64,000 nucleotides of DNA from Candidatus Gottesmanbacteria bacterium. GTDB lineage: Bacteria > Patescibacteriota > Microgenomatia > UBA10105 > UBA927. Below are positions 1-9,736 of this stretch, piece after piece. The translations under genes were made by a program, and so were the position numbers. The DNA lies in contig CAIJMI010000005.1 in NCBI GenBank assembly GCA_903821745.1, positions 199,802 to 263,801 of the forward strand, written 5' to 3'. Under the pieces are notes generated by a model that worked only from the letters and a program-made list of their open reading frames with translations, did no database searches and was not told where the DNA came from. Each line of letters opens with the position of its first letter. Position 1 is the first letter of the stretch.

Positions 1-456
1 GGTAAACGTATTCTCCTTACAATTCTTCATGGTAAGACCGATTGGTTTCATGCGAGACCCGCAGGTAGATAACCTGTCACCAGGAGTATGCAGGTCAAGA
101 TGTCGGGAATACAAACAATAGGGACAATGATTACGATTCTTCGTTCCGATAGTAATATTGGAAATGATGGCACAACACGTCAGACACTTGAAGTGTGTCT
201 GACCAGAACAAAATCTTGCTTTGTGCGTTTAAACGAATACATCCAATTGATAGCATACCAAATTTTATAAGAAAATGGAACGTTTTTAAGATAAATCTAT
301 ATATTTACTTGCTGATTGTCTACCCATCGGTACTAACGGATATTATTCATAAATATAGTACATCACTTCATGTAGAAAGTCTGACGTTTGATAACGGCGC
401 GATGCATTTTAAAGGCCAATCGCCACTGAAGGAATACGTCATTACGGAATAAACAA

Positions 457-888
457 TTATTCCTTTTCATCAAAATTGACAAGATATAATGAAATGAATT
501 GTTCAATAGCATCAACAGTTGAATCTCTCAGCACTGCGTCCGATTCTGCCACCCAGATAGTGAACTTATAAAACTGAAAATTGTTCACCCGCAACCATTT
601 TTTGTGTTGCATGAGAAAATATAACATCGTGGTCATGGCAATACGCTTATTCCCATTTTTAAACGGATGATTCTTGATCATGAGATAGAAAAGGATAGAT
701 GCTTTTTCAATAAATCGCGGATATAATGCCTTCCCGCCGAATGATTGAAACGGTGTTGCAAGACAACTTTCTAAAATATTGGGAAAGCGGGTGTTAAATG
801 GAGGTATTGGCTCATCCCAATGCAAAATTCTCCTTGCAAGTTCATAGGCAACATATGCAACTTCATTGACGGTCAATATGTGTCCCAT
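457..888 (-). CDS. doc: Fic/Doc-family toxin (death-on-curing-like)
   Basis: 143-aa ORF carrying the Fic/Doc motif HPFKNGNKR (HxFx[D/N]GNKR). Its start at 888 lies 2 nt after the stop of the upstream small HTH gene, an operon-like arrangement. Confidence 0.8.
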   Translation of the reverse strand: MGHILTVNEVAYVAYELARRILHWDEPIPPFNTRFPNILESCLATPFQSFGGKALYPRFIEKASILFYLMIKNHPFKNGNKRIAMTTMLYFLMQHKKWLRVNNFQFYKFTIWVAESDAVLRDSTVDAIEQFISLYLVNFDEKE

Positions 889-889
889 A

Positions 890-1159
890 TTATCCTTTTC
901 CCAACAGTTTCAACGTCTCACCATATTCCTCAACAACCTTCTTCACACCCTTATTCACTGTGCATTTTTGCTCTGAAGATAACGCAGCTGAAAATATATG
1001 TGGAAGTTCCTGTTTATCAATAAGGTACATTCGACCGTATTTTGTAGCTGGTAATTGCCCTTTTTGAATACGTTTAAATACAGCTATCCGACTAATGCCT
1101 AAAAGATGTGCAACTTCTGAAACAGTACAATATGCTGATGGAATTCCTTTATTAACCAT
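890..1159 (-). CDS. HTH (excisionase/MerR-like) DNA-binding protein, putative antitoxin of Doc
   Basis: 89-aa ORF with an N-terminal helix-turn-helix (TVSEVAHLLGISRIAVFKRIQKG) directly upstream of and abutting the Doc gene. A palindromic operator sits 10 nt upstream of its start. Confidence 0.6.
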   Translation of the reverse strand: MVNKGIPSAYCTVSEVAHLLGISRIAVFKRIQKGQLPATKYGRMYLIDKQELPHIFSAALSSEQKCTVNKGVKKVVEEYGETLKLLGKG

Positions 1160-1164
1160 ATACA

Positions 1165-1205
1165 GTAGGTTAACATATGTTAACCATAAATGTCAAGTTA
1201 ACATT
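1165..1205 (-). promoter_or_regulatory. Perfect 16-bp palindrome GTTAACATATGTTAAC plus a third GTTAAC half-site; putative TA operator/promoter
   Basis: Seen directly at 1169-1184 with another GTTAAC at 1197-1202, immediately upstream of the HTH gene start (1159, minus strand). This is the classic autoregulation architecture of TA operons. Confidence 0.5.
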
Positions 1206-2007
1206 ACCCCAGTACTTTTATTCCTACTTCATTGAGCTTGAAGACGATAAACCCGACAAAACACACAAACTTGTACACGCCGCGAAGTGCAATATGAAAC
1301 CCGCGTTTTGCTGTCCGTTTGTGAAGCATCCGGTCTTCTGCACGTACCCGTGTTGCTTGAGCAATGGTGGAAAGAACACGTTTTCGTAACAGAACTGTTT
1401 CCTTTCTCACCATGGTTCTGTTTCCAATACTTCCTTGTATATATAACGGTTCCCCAAACACCACGGTGTGCCACCCATATCGATACCAAGTGACAATTTG
1501 CAATGAATTTTTTATTACGGTTCTTCGTTTCCAAATCCTTCGCTGATCAAGGTGAATCCCAACTGGGATAACTGGAGCACCTGTTTCCAGCGCTAATCTG
1601 ATTGCTCCCGTATGAAATTTTCGTACACGGGACGCGCTGAAGCTTATATCTCCCTCAGCAAACAACAAAATGGATCGCCCGGAACACAGGGTCTTTTTTG
1701 CCTGCGCGTACACCTGTTTACCATCTGATGTAACTTCAATGTGACCAGCCCGCTTCACAAGTCTCCCAAGAACTGGAATATGAAACACATGTTCGGTAAT
1801 TAATATTGCAACCCGCTCTCCGATAATGCCTAACAGATAAAATGGATCTAAGGTGTTCGGATGGTTCACCACATAAATCTTTGGCCCCTTGGGAAGCATG
1901 GCGGTTTTTCGCACAACCGTAATCAAAAGAACCCGTGCATACAGCCACGATAAAAAATTGCCAACAGCGCAAAGAATGCTTTTTCGCATGATACATAAGT
2001 ATACCAA
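1204..2007 (-). CDS. plsC: 1-acyl-sn-glycerol-3-phosphate acyltransferase (PlsC family)
   Basis: HxxxxD acyltransferase motif (VNHPNTLD) and FAEG block; about 260 aa. Confidence 0.75.
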   Translation of the reverse strand: MVYLCIMRKSILCAVGNFLSWLYARVLLITVVRKTAMLPKGPKIYVVNHPNTLDPFYLLGIIGERVAILITEHVFHIPVLGRLVKRAGHIEVTSDGKQVYAQAKKTLCSGRSILLFAEGDISFSASRVRKFHTGAIRLALETGAPVIPVGIHLDQRRIWKRRTVIKNSLQIVTWYRYGWHTVVFGEPLYIQGSIGNRTMVRKETVLLRKRVLSTIAQATRVRAEDRMLHKRTAKRGFHIALRGVYKFVCFVGFIVFKLNEVGIKVLG

Positions 2008-2058
2008 GTTTTTCCCTATTCAGCCTATTTTCAGCTATGAGTATATAATGTAACGTAC

Positions 2059-2732
2059 ATGAAACTTCTCGTTGTTGAAGATGAACATCGAATAGCCCAA
2101 GAGCTATTAAAAAAGGCCTGGAACAGGAACGCTACATTGTTGACGTCGCCTATGACGGAACCGAAGGATTTGATCTTGCATCCAGCGAATCCTACGATGC
2201 CATTATTCTTGATCTTATGCTTCCGGGTATGGACGGTATTACTATTTGCAAAACCCTTCGGAAAGAAGCAAACCATACACCAATACTCATGTTGACAGCC
2301 AAAGGACAATTACAGGACAAAATTGAGGGGTTTGAAAGCGGCGCCGATGATTACCTTACCAAACCATTTGCATTTGAAGAACTGCTTGCACGCGTCAGAG
2401 CATTAACAAAACGACCTCGGCAACTCACAGAAAATATCCTGACGCTGCACGATTTATCCCTGCATCCGGAAACCTATGAAGTTACACGCAATAAAAAATC
2501 CATTAGTCTCTCAGGAAAAGAATTTTCACTCCTGGAATATATGATGCGCCATCCAAATACCGTCTTGACCAAAGATCAAATTATCAGTCATGTCTGGGAA
2601 TATTCTTCAGATATACTCCCAAATACCGTGGAAGTATATATGAAGAATCTCCGGGCAAAAATAGATATCCCGTTTCCTAAGGAAAAACCCCTTATACAAA
2701 CCGTCCGAGGATTTGGATATAAAATAGGATAA
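2059..2732 (+). pseudogene. OmpR-family response regulator interrupted by a -1 frame break at an A_AAA_AAG heptamer (2109-2115)
   Basis: Frame 1 (2059) encodes MKLLVVEDEHRIAQELLKK, then diverges. Frame 3 from about 2114 encodes GLEQERYIVDVAYDGTEGFDLA...LMLPGMDGITICK...winged-helix C-terminus to 2732. The run has six A where seven would be needed for one ORF. Confidence 0.8.
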
Positions 2733-2736
2733 TCAT

Positions 2737-3006
2737 ATGTTTCGAAACGCGCGCATCAAACTCACTGCATGGTATCTGTTAATTATTATGGCAATTAGTG
2801 TTGCCTTTTCAGGCGTCATTTATCGTATGCTCACCTTTGAGATGGATCGATTTGCAAACATGCAGCGATCCCGAATTGAACGACAATTGCAAAATCGTAC
2901 GACGGTCATTCAACCGCAACACATTGATGAACCGCCATTTGTAATCATTGATCAGGATCTCGTCCATGAAACCAAACGGAGATTACTGCTCCAATTGTAC
3001 GAGTAA
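2737..3006 (+). CDS. Truncated sensor histidine kinase (N-terminal TM/linker fragment only, 89 aa)
   Basis: The N-terminus MFRNARIKLTAWYLLIIMAISVAFSGVIY is typical of HKs that follow OmpR-type RR genes. The ORF stops after 89 aa with no HisKA/HATPase region downstream. Confidence 0.45.
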   Translation: MFRNARIKLTAWYLLIIMAISVAFSGVIYRMLTFEMDRFANMQRSRIERQLQNRTTVIQPQHIDEPPFVIIDQDLVHETKRRLLLQLYE

Positions 3007-3070
3007 CATTTTCAGCTTGGATTCAGAAAACAATTGTATGATCAAAAGATATAAATAGGAGGAAACAAAT

Positions 3071-3517
3071 ATGAAAAATTCTAACGTCGTTATGGGCATC
3101 ATTGCAATCGTCTTTGCAGCAGGTGGATTTTTTGCAGGACTCAAATACCAACAAGGTAAAACTCCAACCTTTACCCGTGGACAATTCGGTATGACAGCCG
3201 GACAAAATACTGGACGACAAAATGGAACACGCGCAGGTGGAGGGATGATTTCAGGAACAATACTCTCTGTTGATGCAACATCCATGACCGTCAAACTTGC
3301 AGATAACAGCTCAAAGATTATCTTATTGGGACAAACAACCACATATGCAAAATCAACAGACGGAGCAATTTCTGATTTGAAGGTTGGTGACCGCGTGAAC
3401 ACATTCGGAGCAACAAATACAGATGGCAGCGTCACCGCACAAACTGTTCAGATTAACCCCCCACAGGGAGCTCGTATGGGAGCAGGAATAGGTGCACCAC
3501 AAGCACCCGCGAAGTAA
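3071..3517 (+). CDS. Hypothetical membrane-anchored/secreted Gly/Thr-rich protein
   Basis: Strong RBS (AGGAGG) 8 nt upstream; N-terminal TM helix; 148 aa. Confidence 0.55.
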   Translation: MKNSNVVMGIIAIVFAAGGFFAGLKYQQGKTPTFTRGQFGMTAGQNTGRQNGTRAGGGMISGTILSVDATSMTVKLADNSSKIILLGQTTTYAKSTDGAISDLKVGDRVNTFGATNTDGSVTAQTVQINPPQGARMGAGIGAPQAPAK

Positions 3518-3520
3518 TGG

Positions 3521-4399
3521 TTACCAAGCAGTAAAATTTTTCTGCTCAAGATACTGGAGTAACTGTTCCCCGGACCTCCCGCCGGTACGAAGCCGAACTA
3601 AATCATATTGATTACTTGGACCATTTTCTATGCCAGGTTTCGTTGCAACAGCGGTGGTAAATCCAGCTGCTTTCACTGCTGCCATCGCCGCTTCATCATA
3701 GGATCCGTTGGGATACGCAAATGAAACAACGGATTGCCCAGTAATCGCTTCAAGCATTTGTTTGCTTTCCCGTACTTCTTTTTCAACAGTAGCAGCATCC
3801 ATATTTTTCAGACTCACGTGATGGACAGTGTGAGCACCAACATCCACTAGCCCACTTGCTGCAATTTCTTGGAGCTGCTTCTCCGTCATATAGTTTCGAA
3901 AATCGACAACCCCAGCAATAACATATACTGTTGCCTTTACGTTGTGTTTTTTGAGTATTGGAAAAGCGTCGGTATAAAAATCACGGTATCCATCATCAAA
4001 CGTAAGCACAATTGGTTTTTCAGGAATCGTTGTTACGTTACCGTCAAATAGTTCCCCTATATCCTTGGCAGTTAAAAACGTATATCCTCCTGCAACAAGT
4101 GTCTCTATTTGTTTTTCAAAGGTATATGGGGTGATATCGAGTGACTGTCGAATGGTATCTCCTTTATCCTGCACATACTCGACATAGTGGTACATAAAGA
4201 TAGGAAGACGCCTTGGCCATGCAATAGGAGCAGTCGTTGGTGTGGGTGTCGCTGATGGTATAGCGTGAGTAAATTCAATGCCAATGCCATTGCTATATAC
4301 ATTTTTAAATAGAAACGGCAGATACAAAATGAAGACAGCCGCAGTAATGATAACACTAACAACGTAATACCAGTGGAAAGCTCCCTTTCCTTTTCTCAT
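3521..4399 (-). CDS. Polysaccharide deacetylase (NodB-homology, CE4), membrane-anchored
   Basis: Motifs TFDDGY, HTVHH and AYPNG, with an N-terminal TM. Start placed at the internal Met (MRKGKG) so it does not overlap the divergent MFS gene; the longest ORF would reach 4486. Confidence 0.8.
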   Translation of the reverse strand: MRKGKGAFHWYYVVSVIITAAVFILYLPFLFKNVYSNGIGIEFTHAIPSATPTPTTAPIAWPRRLPIFMYHYVEYVQDKGDTIRQSLDITPYTFEKQIETLVAGGYTFLTAKDIGELFDGNVTTIPEKPIVLTFDDGYRDFYTDAFPILKKHNVKATVYVIAGVVDFRNYMTEKQLQEIAASGLVDVGAHTVHHVSLKNMDAATVEKEVRESKQMLEAITGQSVVSFAYPNGSYDEAAMAAVKAAGFTTAVATKPGIENGPSNQYDLVRLRTGGRSGEQLLQYLEQKNFTAW

Positions 4400-4448
4400 A
4401 AAAAAATTGTACCATGCTATAATAAAATAATCTCGCAGGGAAAAATAT

Positions 4449-5693
4449 ATGAAAATTCCATCAGTGCTGCATAATAAACAATTCATTAAACTTTGGATTT
4501 CTCAAATGTGCACGGTTACGGGACTCAACATTGTCAACTTCGTGTTACTGCTTCGCTTATTTGACCGTACTGGATCAACACTCGCTGCATCATTTCTTTG
4601 GATTTCCTACAGCCTTCCTATTCTCTTGGTTGGCCCTATTGCTGCAACGGTGGTTGATATCGTCAATAAGAAACGGTTATTAACCATTACCACCCTGTTG
4701 CAGGCATTAACTATTCTTCTTTTTCTTTTTACTGGTGACCGATATTTTCTTCTCTATGCCATCATGTTCATTTATTCCTTATTTTCCCAATTTTATCTTC
4801 CCAGCGAATCCGCAACGTTACCGAACCTGGTACGAAAGGAAGACCTGCCAGAAGCCAATGGCATGTTTCTTTTGACCAAACAGGCGGGCATGCTTATTGG
4901 CTATGGATCCGCAGGATTTTTAACACTCCTTTTGGGATTTCAATCAACGATCATCCTTTGTTCCTCGCTTCTTGCCCTTGCGTGTATAAGCGTTATTTCT
5001 TTACCGACAATGAAAGCCATCCGAAAAATAAATGTTGAGCAGGATCTCGCACAATTCTTTTCCAAAGTCGGTGAAGGATATTTATTTATTAAAAATAACA
5101 AATCTATTCTCTACCCCGTACTTTTGGTAGCAGGCAGTGAAATGATAATGCTTATTGTTGCCATCAATATGCCAGCACTTGCTCGAGATATTCTCCATAT
5201 TCGTATTGAAAATGCTGCAACTTATATCATTATCCCCGCGCTCACCGGTGCATTGGCAGGAGTGATGTTATTTCCAAAACTTTTAAAACAGGGACTCAGG
5301 AAAAAAACCATCATTAAAACAGCGCTCCTTATTTTAGCCTTCTGTTTCTTGGCAATCGGACTCCTTTTAAACTTTTTACCGATTCCAACACGGTTATGGA
5401 TGTTACCAATTCTCTGCCTCGTAGCAGGATTTTGTTTTATTGGAGTAGAAATACCAGCGCAAACGTTTATGCAAGAATCAACACCACCAGAAATGATGGG
5501 CAGGCTTTGGGGAAATTTATGGTTTATGTCTACAATTGCAACCATTGCGCCGATGTTTCTTTCAGCATCCATCACCGAATTTCTTGGTGTTGATACTTTT
5601 TTCGTTATTTTGGGTATTGTTATTTTCATCGCCTGGTTTTATGCTGAACGACAGATTAAAGATCATAGTATGGAACCCATCAAGGAGGAATAA
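4449..5693 (+). CDS. MFS transporter
   Basis: 414 aa with about 12 predicted TM segments and an MFS-like N-terminus; adjacent to thyA. Confidence 0.75.
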   Translation: MKIPSVLHNKQFIKLWISQMCTVTGLNIVNFVLLLRLFDRTGSTLAASFLWISYSLPILLVGPIAATVVDIVNKKRLLTITTLLQALTILLFLFTGDRYFLLYAIMFIYSLFSQFYLPSESATLPNLVRKEDLPEANGMFLLTKQAGMLIGYGSAGFLTLLLGFQSTIILCSSLLALACISVISLPTMKAIRKINVEQDLAQFFSKVGEGYLFIKNNKSILYPVLLVAGSEMIMLIVAINMPALARDILHIRIENAATYIIIPALTGALAGVMLFPKLLKQGLRKKTIIKTALLILAFCFLAIGLLLNFLPIPTRLWMLPILCLVAGFCFIGVEIPAQTFMQESTPPEMMGRLWGNLWFMSTIATIAPMFLSASITEFLGVDTFFVILGIVIFIAWFYAERQIKDHSMEPIKEE

Positions 5694-5695
5694 AA

Positions 5696-6643
5696 ATGAA
5701 AAGTCGCCATCCCGAATATCAGTATCTCGATCTTATGCAGGACATCATGAAACATGGAACGTGGAAGATGTCACATTCGACCGGTGTAAAGCTCAAAAGT
5801 GTCTTCGGACGAATTTGTCGATATGACCTCTCAAAAGGATTTCCACTCCTGACCACGAAAAAAATGTTCACCCGCGGCATTACTCATGAACTCATTTGGT
5901 TTCTCTCAGGATCCAGTAACATTAAATATCTTGTCGACAACAACGTCCATATCTGGGATGAATGGGCATTTAAAAAATATGAATGGGCGGTAAAAGAAGG
6001 CAATGCGACACCCATGACGTTTGAGGCGTTCATGGAAAAAGCAAAAGCAGATCCAAAATTTTTGGAAACCTGGGGCGAGCTAGGTCCGGTCTATGGTGTG
6101 CAGTGGCGGAAATGGCCGAAGGGTGATGGATCAACGATTGATCAACTTGGCTGGGCAATTGAAAAAATAAAGAAATATCCGCAAAAAAAACACTACGTTA
6201 TTTCTGCATGGAATGCAGGATGTATCTATGAGATGAGTGGATCACATAATGCATCCATGGTCATTGCGCCATGTCATACGATGTTCCATATCAACATTAC
6301 AGGAAACAAGCTCTCGCTCCTTCTTTATCAACGGAGTGCAGATTTATTTTTGGGTGTTCCATTTAACATCGCATCATACGCGATGTTGACGATGATGATT
6401 GCACAAGTAACCGGATATGAACCGGGAGAATTTGTTCATGTGTTCGGAGACGTCCATATATATGAAAATCATATGAAACAGTGCCGGGAACAGCTAAAAC
6501 GTAAACCATATAAATTCCCGACATTAAAACTCAATCCGAATGTAAAAACAATCGATGGATTTAAATTTGAGGATATCACCATCGAAAACTACAAACATCA
6601 CGACCCAATTAAAGGTGATATCACGGTCGTCGGAGGTTTTTAA
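5696..6643 (+). CDS. thyA: Thymidylate synthase (long form)
   Basis: IAPCHTMFH active-site Cys region and RSADLFLGVPFNIASYA; 315 aa. Confidence 0.95.
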   Translation: MKSRHPEYQYLDLMQDIMKHGTWKMSHSTGVKLKSVFGRICRYDLSKGFPLLTTKKMFTRGITHELIWFLSGSSNIKYLVDNNVHIWDEWAFKKYEWAVKEGNATPMTFEAFMEKAKADPKFLETWGELGPVYGVQWRKWPKGDGSTIDQLGWAIEKIKKYPQKKHYVISAWNAGCIYEMSGSHNASMVIAPCHTMFHINITGNKLSLLLYQRSADLFLGVPFNIASYAMLTMMIAQVTGYEPGEFVHVFGDVHIYENHMKQCREQLKRKPYKFPTLKLNPNVKTIDGFKFEDITIENYKHHDPIKGDITVVGGF

Positions 6644-6650
6644 ACAACCC

Positions 6651-7154
6651 ATGGGAAAAGAGATGGTCTCAATCATTGCTGCAATTGGAGAAAATCGGGA
6701 GCTTGGGAAAAACAACAAGCTCTTATGGGATATTCCTGAAGACATGGAACACTTCCGCAGTAAAACCCGTGGACATGCGGTCATTATGGGCAGAAAAACG
6801 TATGAATCCATCGGCCACGCACTTCCCAATCGCCCAAACATTGTTATTACCCGGGATGAAACATTTACCACTCCTGATGGCTGTTTTATTGTACATTCTC
6901 TGGATGAAGCAATTGAATTAGGACGACAGAAAGAACAGGAGGAACTCTTTATTATCGGCGGCGCAAATATCTATGAACAGGCAATGGAGAAAACCGATAA
7001 ACTATATCTGACCATCGTTCATCAAACTTTTCCTGATGCAGATACTTTTTTCCCCGACTACTCTCGTTTTTCAAACGTCATATCATCAAAGGAGAGTAAC
7101 GATCAAAACTTTTCCTATACCTTTCTTGAACTTGTCCCAGAAACGGCAGGCTAA
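6651..7154 (+). CDS. folA: Dihydrofolate reductase
   Basis: MVSIIAAIGENRELGKNNKLLW...IMGRKTYESIG DHFR signature, in the classic thyA-folA pairing. Start taken at the ATG at 6651 after the thyA stop; the ORF-track start at 6555 overlaps thyA. Confidence 0.9.
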   Translation: MGKEMVSIIAAIGENRELGKNNKLLWDIPEDMEHFRSKTRGHAVIMGRKTYESIGHALPNRPNIVITRDETFTTPDGCFIVHSLDEAIELGRQKEQEELFIIGGANIYEQAMEKTDKLYLTIVHQTFPDADTFFPDYSRFSNVISSKESNDQNFSYTFLELVPETAG

Positions 7155-7157
7155 GGT

Positions 7158-8309
7158 ATGGAGCTCCCCCTTTCTTACATTGAAATTTCAAAACAAAATA
7201 TTCTCCATAATTTTTCCGTCATTAGAGCATTCATTCATCCTGATACAAAAATAGCATGTGTCATTAAAGCAAACGCCTATGGACATGGACAAAATGAAGT
7301 AGCCAAAATACTGGAACCCGTTGCCGACTATTTCCAGGTTGACGATCTTGCTGAACTGCGACTTCTACGAACAGTTTCCAACAAACCAACTTTGGTCTTC
7401 GGATATGTTGCCAAACAAGAACTTGAAGAAGCGCTTACACTGCATGGCATACTCACGATATACGATACGGAACGGTTACAACAGATTGATACTATTTCTA
7501 AAAAAGTAGGTACGCACGCGAAAGTACATATAAAAATTGATAGCTTTCTTGGAAGACAGGGACTCTTGATTGAAGATATTGAGCCATTTTTAAGAGTCCT
7601 AAAACCTTACAGATATATTGACGTTGACGGTATCTATGCACATTTTGCAAATATTGAAGATACATCTGATTTTTCCCATGCACAAAAGCAGATTGACGGA
7701 TTGGACAAAGCACTCGATATATGCAAAACATGCGGATATACAAACATCAAACATCACATCTCAGCAACATCCGGTATTCTCGTATACGAAAAAGATACCG
7801 GAAAAAACCATATCGTGCGCTTGGGTATCGGTCTCTATGGTATGTGGCCATCTGAAAAGATACAAAAAAAATATCAAAGATCCACGTTTACGTTCAAACC
7901 AGCTCTCCGTTGGGTAACGCATATTGCCCAAGTAAAAATACTACCCAAAAATTATTCCATTGGATACGGTTTAACCTATATCACAAAAGCAATAACAAAA
8001 ATTGCCATCGTTCCGCAAGGATATAGTGATGGCTATGACCGCGGGCTTTCAAACAATGGGGTTGTCCTCATTAACGGCATCCGATGCAACATTCTTGGAA
8101 GAATTACGATGAATATGTTTATGGTGGATGTTACCAATATAAAAAATGTGAAAGCAGAAGACGAGGTAGTTCTCCTTGGATCCCAACAACAAGCATGCAT
8201 GAGTGCTGAGGAAATTGCCAACCAAATTAATACCATTAACTATGAAGTGACAACCCGTATCTCACCCCTTCTTCCTCGTATTACTGTGCCGCATTTCCCA
8301 AACAGCTAA
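7158..8309 (+). CDS. alr: Alanine racemase
   Basis: PLP-site motif VIKANAYGHG near the N-terminus; 383 aa. Confidence 0.9.
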   Translation: MELPLSYIEISKQNILHNFSVIRAFIHPDTKIACVIKANAYGHGQNEVAKILEPVADYFQVDDLAELRLLRTVSNKPTLVFGYVAKQELEEALTLHGILTIYDTERLQQIDTISKKVGTHAKVHIKIDSFLGRQGLLIEDIEPFLRVLKPYRYIDVDGIYAHFANIEDTSDFSHAQKQIDGLDKALDICKTCGYTNIKHHISATSGILVYEKDTGKNHIVRLGIGLYGMWPSEKIQKKYQRSTFTFKPALRWVTHIAQVKILPKNYSIGYGLTYITKAITKIAIVPQGYSDGYDRGLSNNGVVLINGIRCNILGRITMNMFMVDVTNIKNVKAEDEVVLLGSQQQACMSAEEIANQINTINYEVTTRISPLLPRITVPHFPNS

Positions 8310-8478
8310 CTACTCCAACCTCGAAAAAAGCCCAAAAGCGTACCATCCTCTCCATACTCCATACAAGCACAAATAAATACATCGCCTTGCCGCATTGTAA
8401 GGAACGGATAAAACAGATATACTTTTTTGTAATCGATACAAATCATATTTTTTGTTATTTCCTTAAAGGAGCAACACT

Positions 8479-9732
8479 ATGAATATTACAAACATCCATG
8501 CGAGAGAAATTCTTGATTCCAAAGGACACCCAACCGTTGAAGTAGATCTCACCCTTGAAAACGGAATGACAGCTACTGCTTCAGTCCCATCCGGCGCGTC
8601 AACAGGATCTACAGAGGCCGTTGAACTTCGTGATAATGACAACGCACGCTATTTTGGAAAAGGAGTCCTCAAAGCAGTTGCAAATGTAAATACCACAGTA
8701 AAATCCATTGTCGTCGGGCAGGATGTAACAAACCAGCGAAATCTCGATACTCTCATGATTGCAGCAGATGGAACGGAAAACAAAGGAAAACTAGGCGGTA
8801 ATGCAATTGTTGCTGTTTCCATGGCAGCAGCGCGTGCAGCAGCAATGGCACAAAACATGCCGTTATACAAATACTTGGGATCACTCATTGGCAATACAAC
8901 CTTTGTTCTCCCCCAACCGCTCCTTCTCATTTTGGAAGGCGGAAAACATGGCAATTGGTCAACCGATTGTCAGGAATATTTTGTCATTCCTAAAAAGGAA
9001 CGCTTTCCAACATTTAAAGAAGCACTTCGGGCAGGAGCAGAAATTTTTCATACCCTCGAACAACTGCTTCATGATAAACACTATGCAACGGGTGTTGGGT
9101 ATGAAGGCGCATTTTGCCCTATGGAAATGAAATCAAATGAAGAAGCATTTCAACTAATGACAGAGGCAACAGAAAAAGCGGGATATAAAATGCAGGATGA
9201 CATTGTTCTAGGACTCGATGCTGCATCATCAGAATTTTACAAGGATGGAACGTACACATTAAAAAGCGAACACAATGGAAAACTCACCTCAAGACAATGG
9301 ACAGAGAAAGTTATTGAATGGACAAAAAAATATCCGATCTGGTCCTTGGAGGACATGCATAGTGAATCCGATTGGGATGAGTGGGCATACTTTACGGCCA
9401 CGATTGGAAAAGACCATCAGATTGTCGGCGATGATCTCTTGACGACAAACGTCAAACACATCCAAACGGCAATTGATAAAAAAGCAGTTAACAGCGTGCT
9501 CATCAAGGTCAATCAAATCGGCACGGTATCGGAAACCCTTGATGCCATTGCCCTTTCCCATAAGGCAGGATTTACCACCGTTGTGTCACACCGCGGCGGA
9601 GAAACCAATGATGACTTCATTGCAGATCTCGTCGTCGGTACATCAAAACAAAGTAAATTCGGTGGACCGGACCGTGGTGAACGCTTGGCAAAATATAACC
9701 GACTCCTCCGCATTGAGGAAGAACTACAATAA
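8479..9732 (+). CDS. eno: Enolase
   Basis: N-terminus IHAREILDSKGHPTVEVD and SVPSGASTGSTEA; 417 aa; RBS AAAGGAG upstream. Confidence 0.95.
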   Translation: MNITNIHAREILDSKGHPTVEVDLTLENGMTATASVPSGASTGSTEAVELRDNDNARYFGKGVLKAVANVNTTVKSIVVGQDVTNQRNLDTLMIAADGTENKGKLGGNAIVAVSMAAARAAAMAQNMPLYKYLGSLIGNTTFVLPQPLLLILEGGKHGNWSTDCQEYFVIPKKERFPTFKEALRAGAEIFHTLEQLLHDKHYATGVGYEGAFCPMEMKSNEEAFQLMTEATEKAGYKMQDDIVLGLDAASSEFYKDGTYTLKSEHNGKLTSRQWTEKVIEWTKKYPIWSLEDMHSESDWDEWAYFTATIGKDHQIVGDDLLTTNVKHIQTAIDKKAVNSVLIKVNQIGTVSETLDAIALSHKAGFTTVVSHRGGETNDDFIADLVVGTSKQSKFGGPDRGERLAKYNRLLRIEEELQ

Positions 9733-9736
9733 GATT

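Noticed and set aside
1-241. Open minus-strand reading frame running off the window start with Cys motifs (KCLTCC...HCPYC...MKPIGLTMKNCKENTFT)
   Set aside because: It has no ATG start within the 80 open codons except 17 codons from the edge, and it cannot be assessed without upstream sequence. It could be a gene remnant near the TA module.
88-452. Plus-strand ORFs 88-270 and 195-452 at the window start
   Set aside because: Low-complexity, AT-rich translations with no motifs; likely non-coding spacer downstream of the Doc gene.
9473-9736. 5' extension of the gpmI ORF (587-aa version) overlapping the end of eno
   Set aside because: The extension overlaps eno in another frame and has no homology. 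The conserved PGM N-terminus MTTNKVLLIIMDGWG starts at 9737, right after the eno stop.
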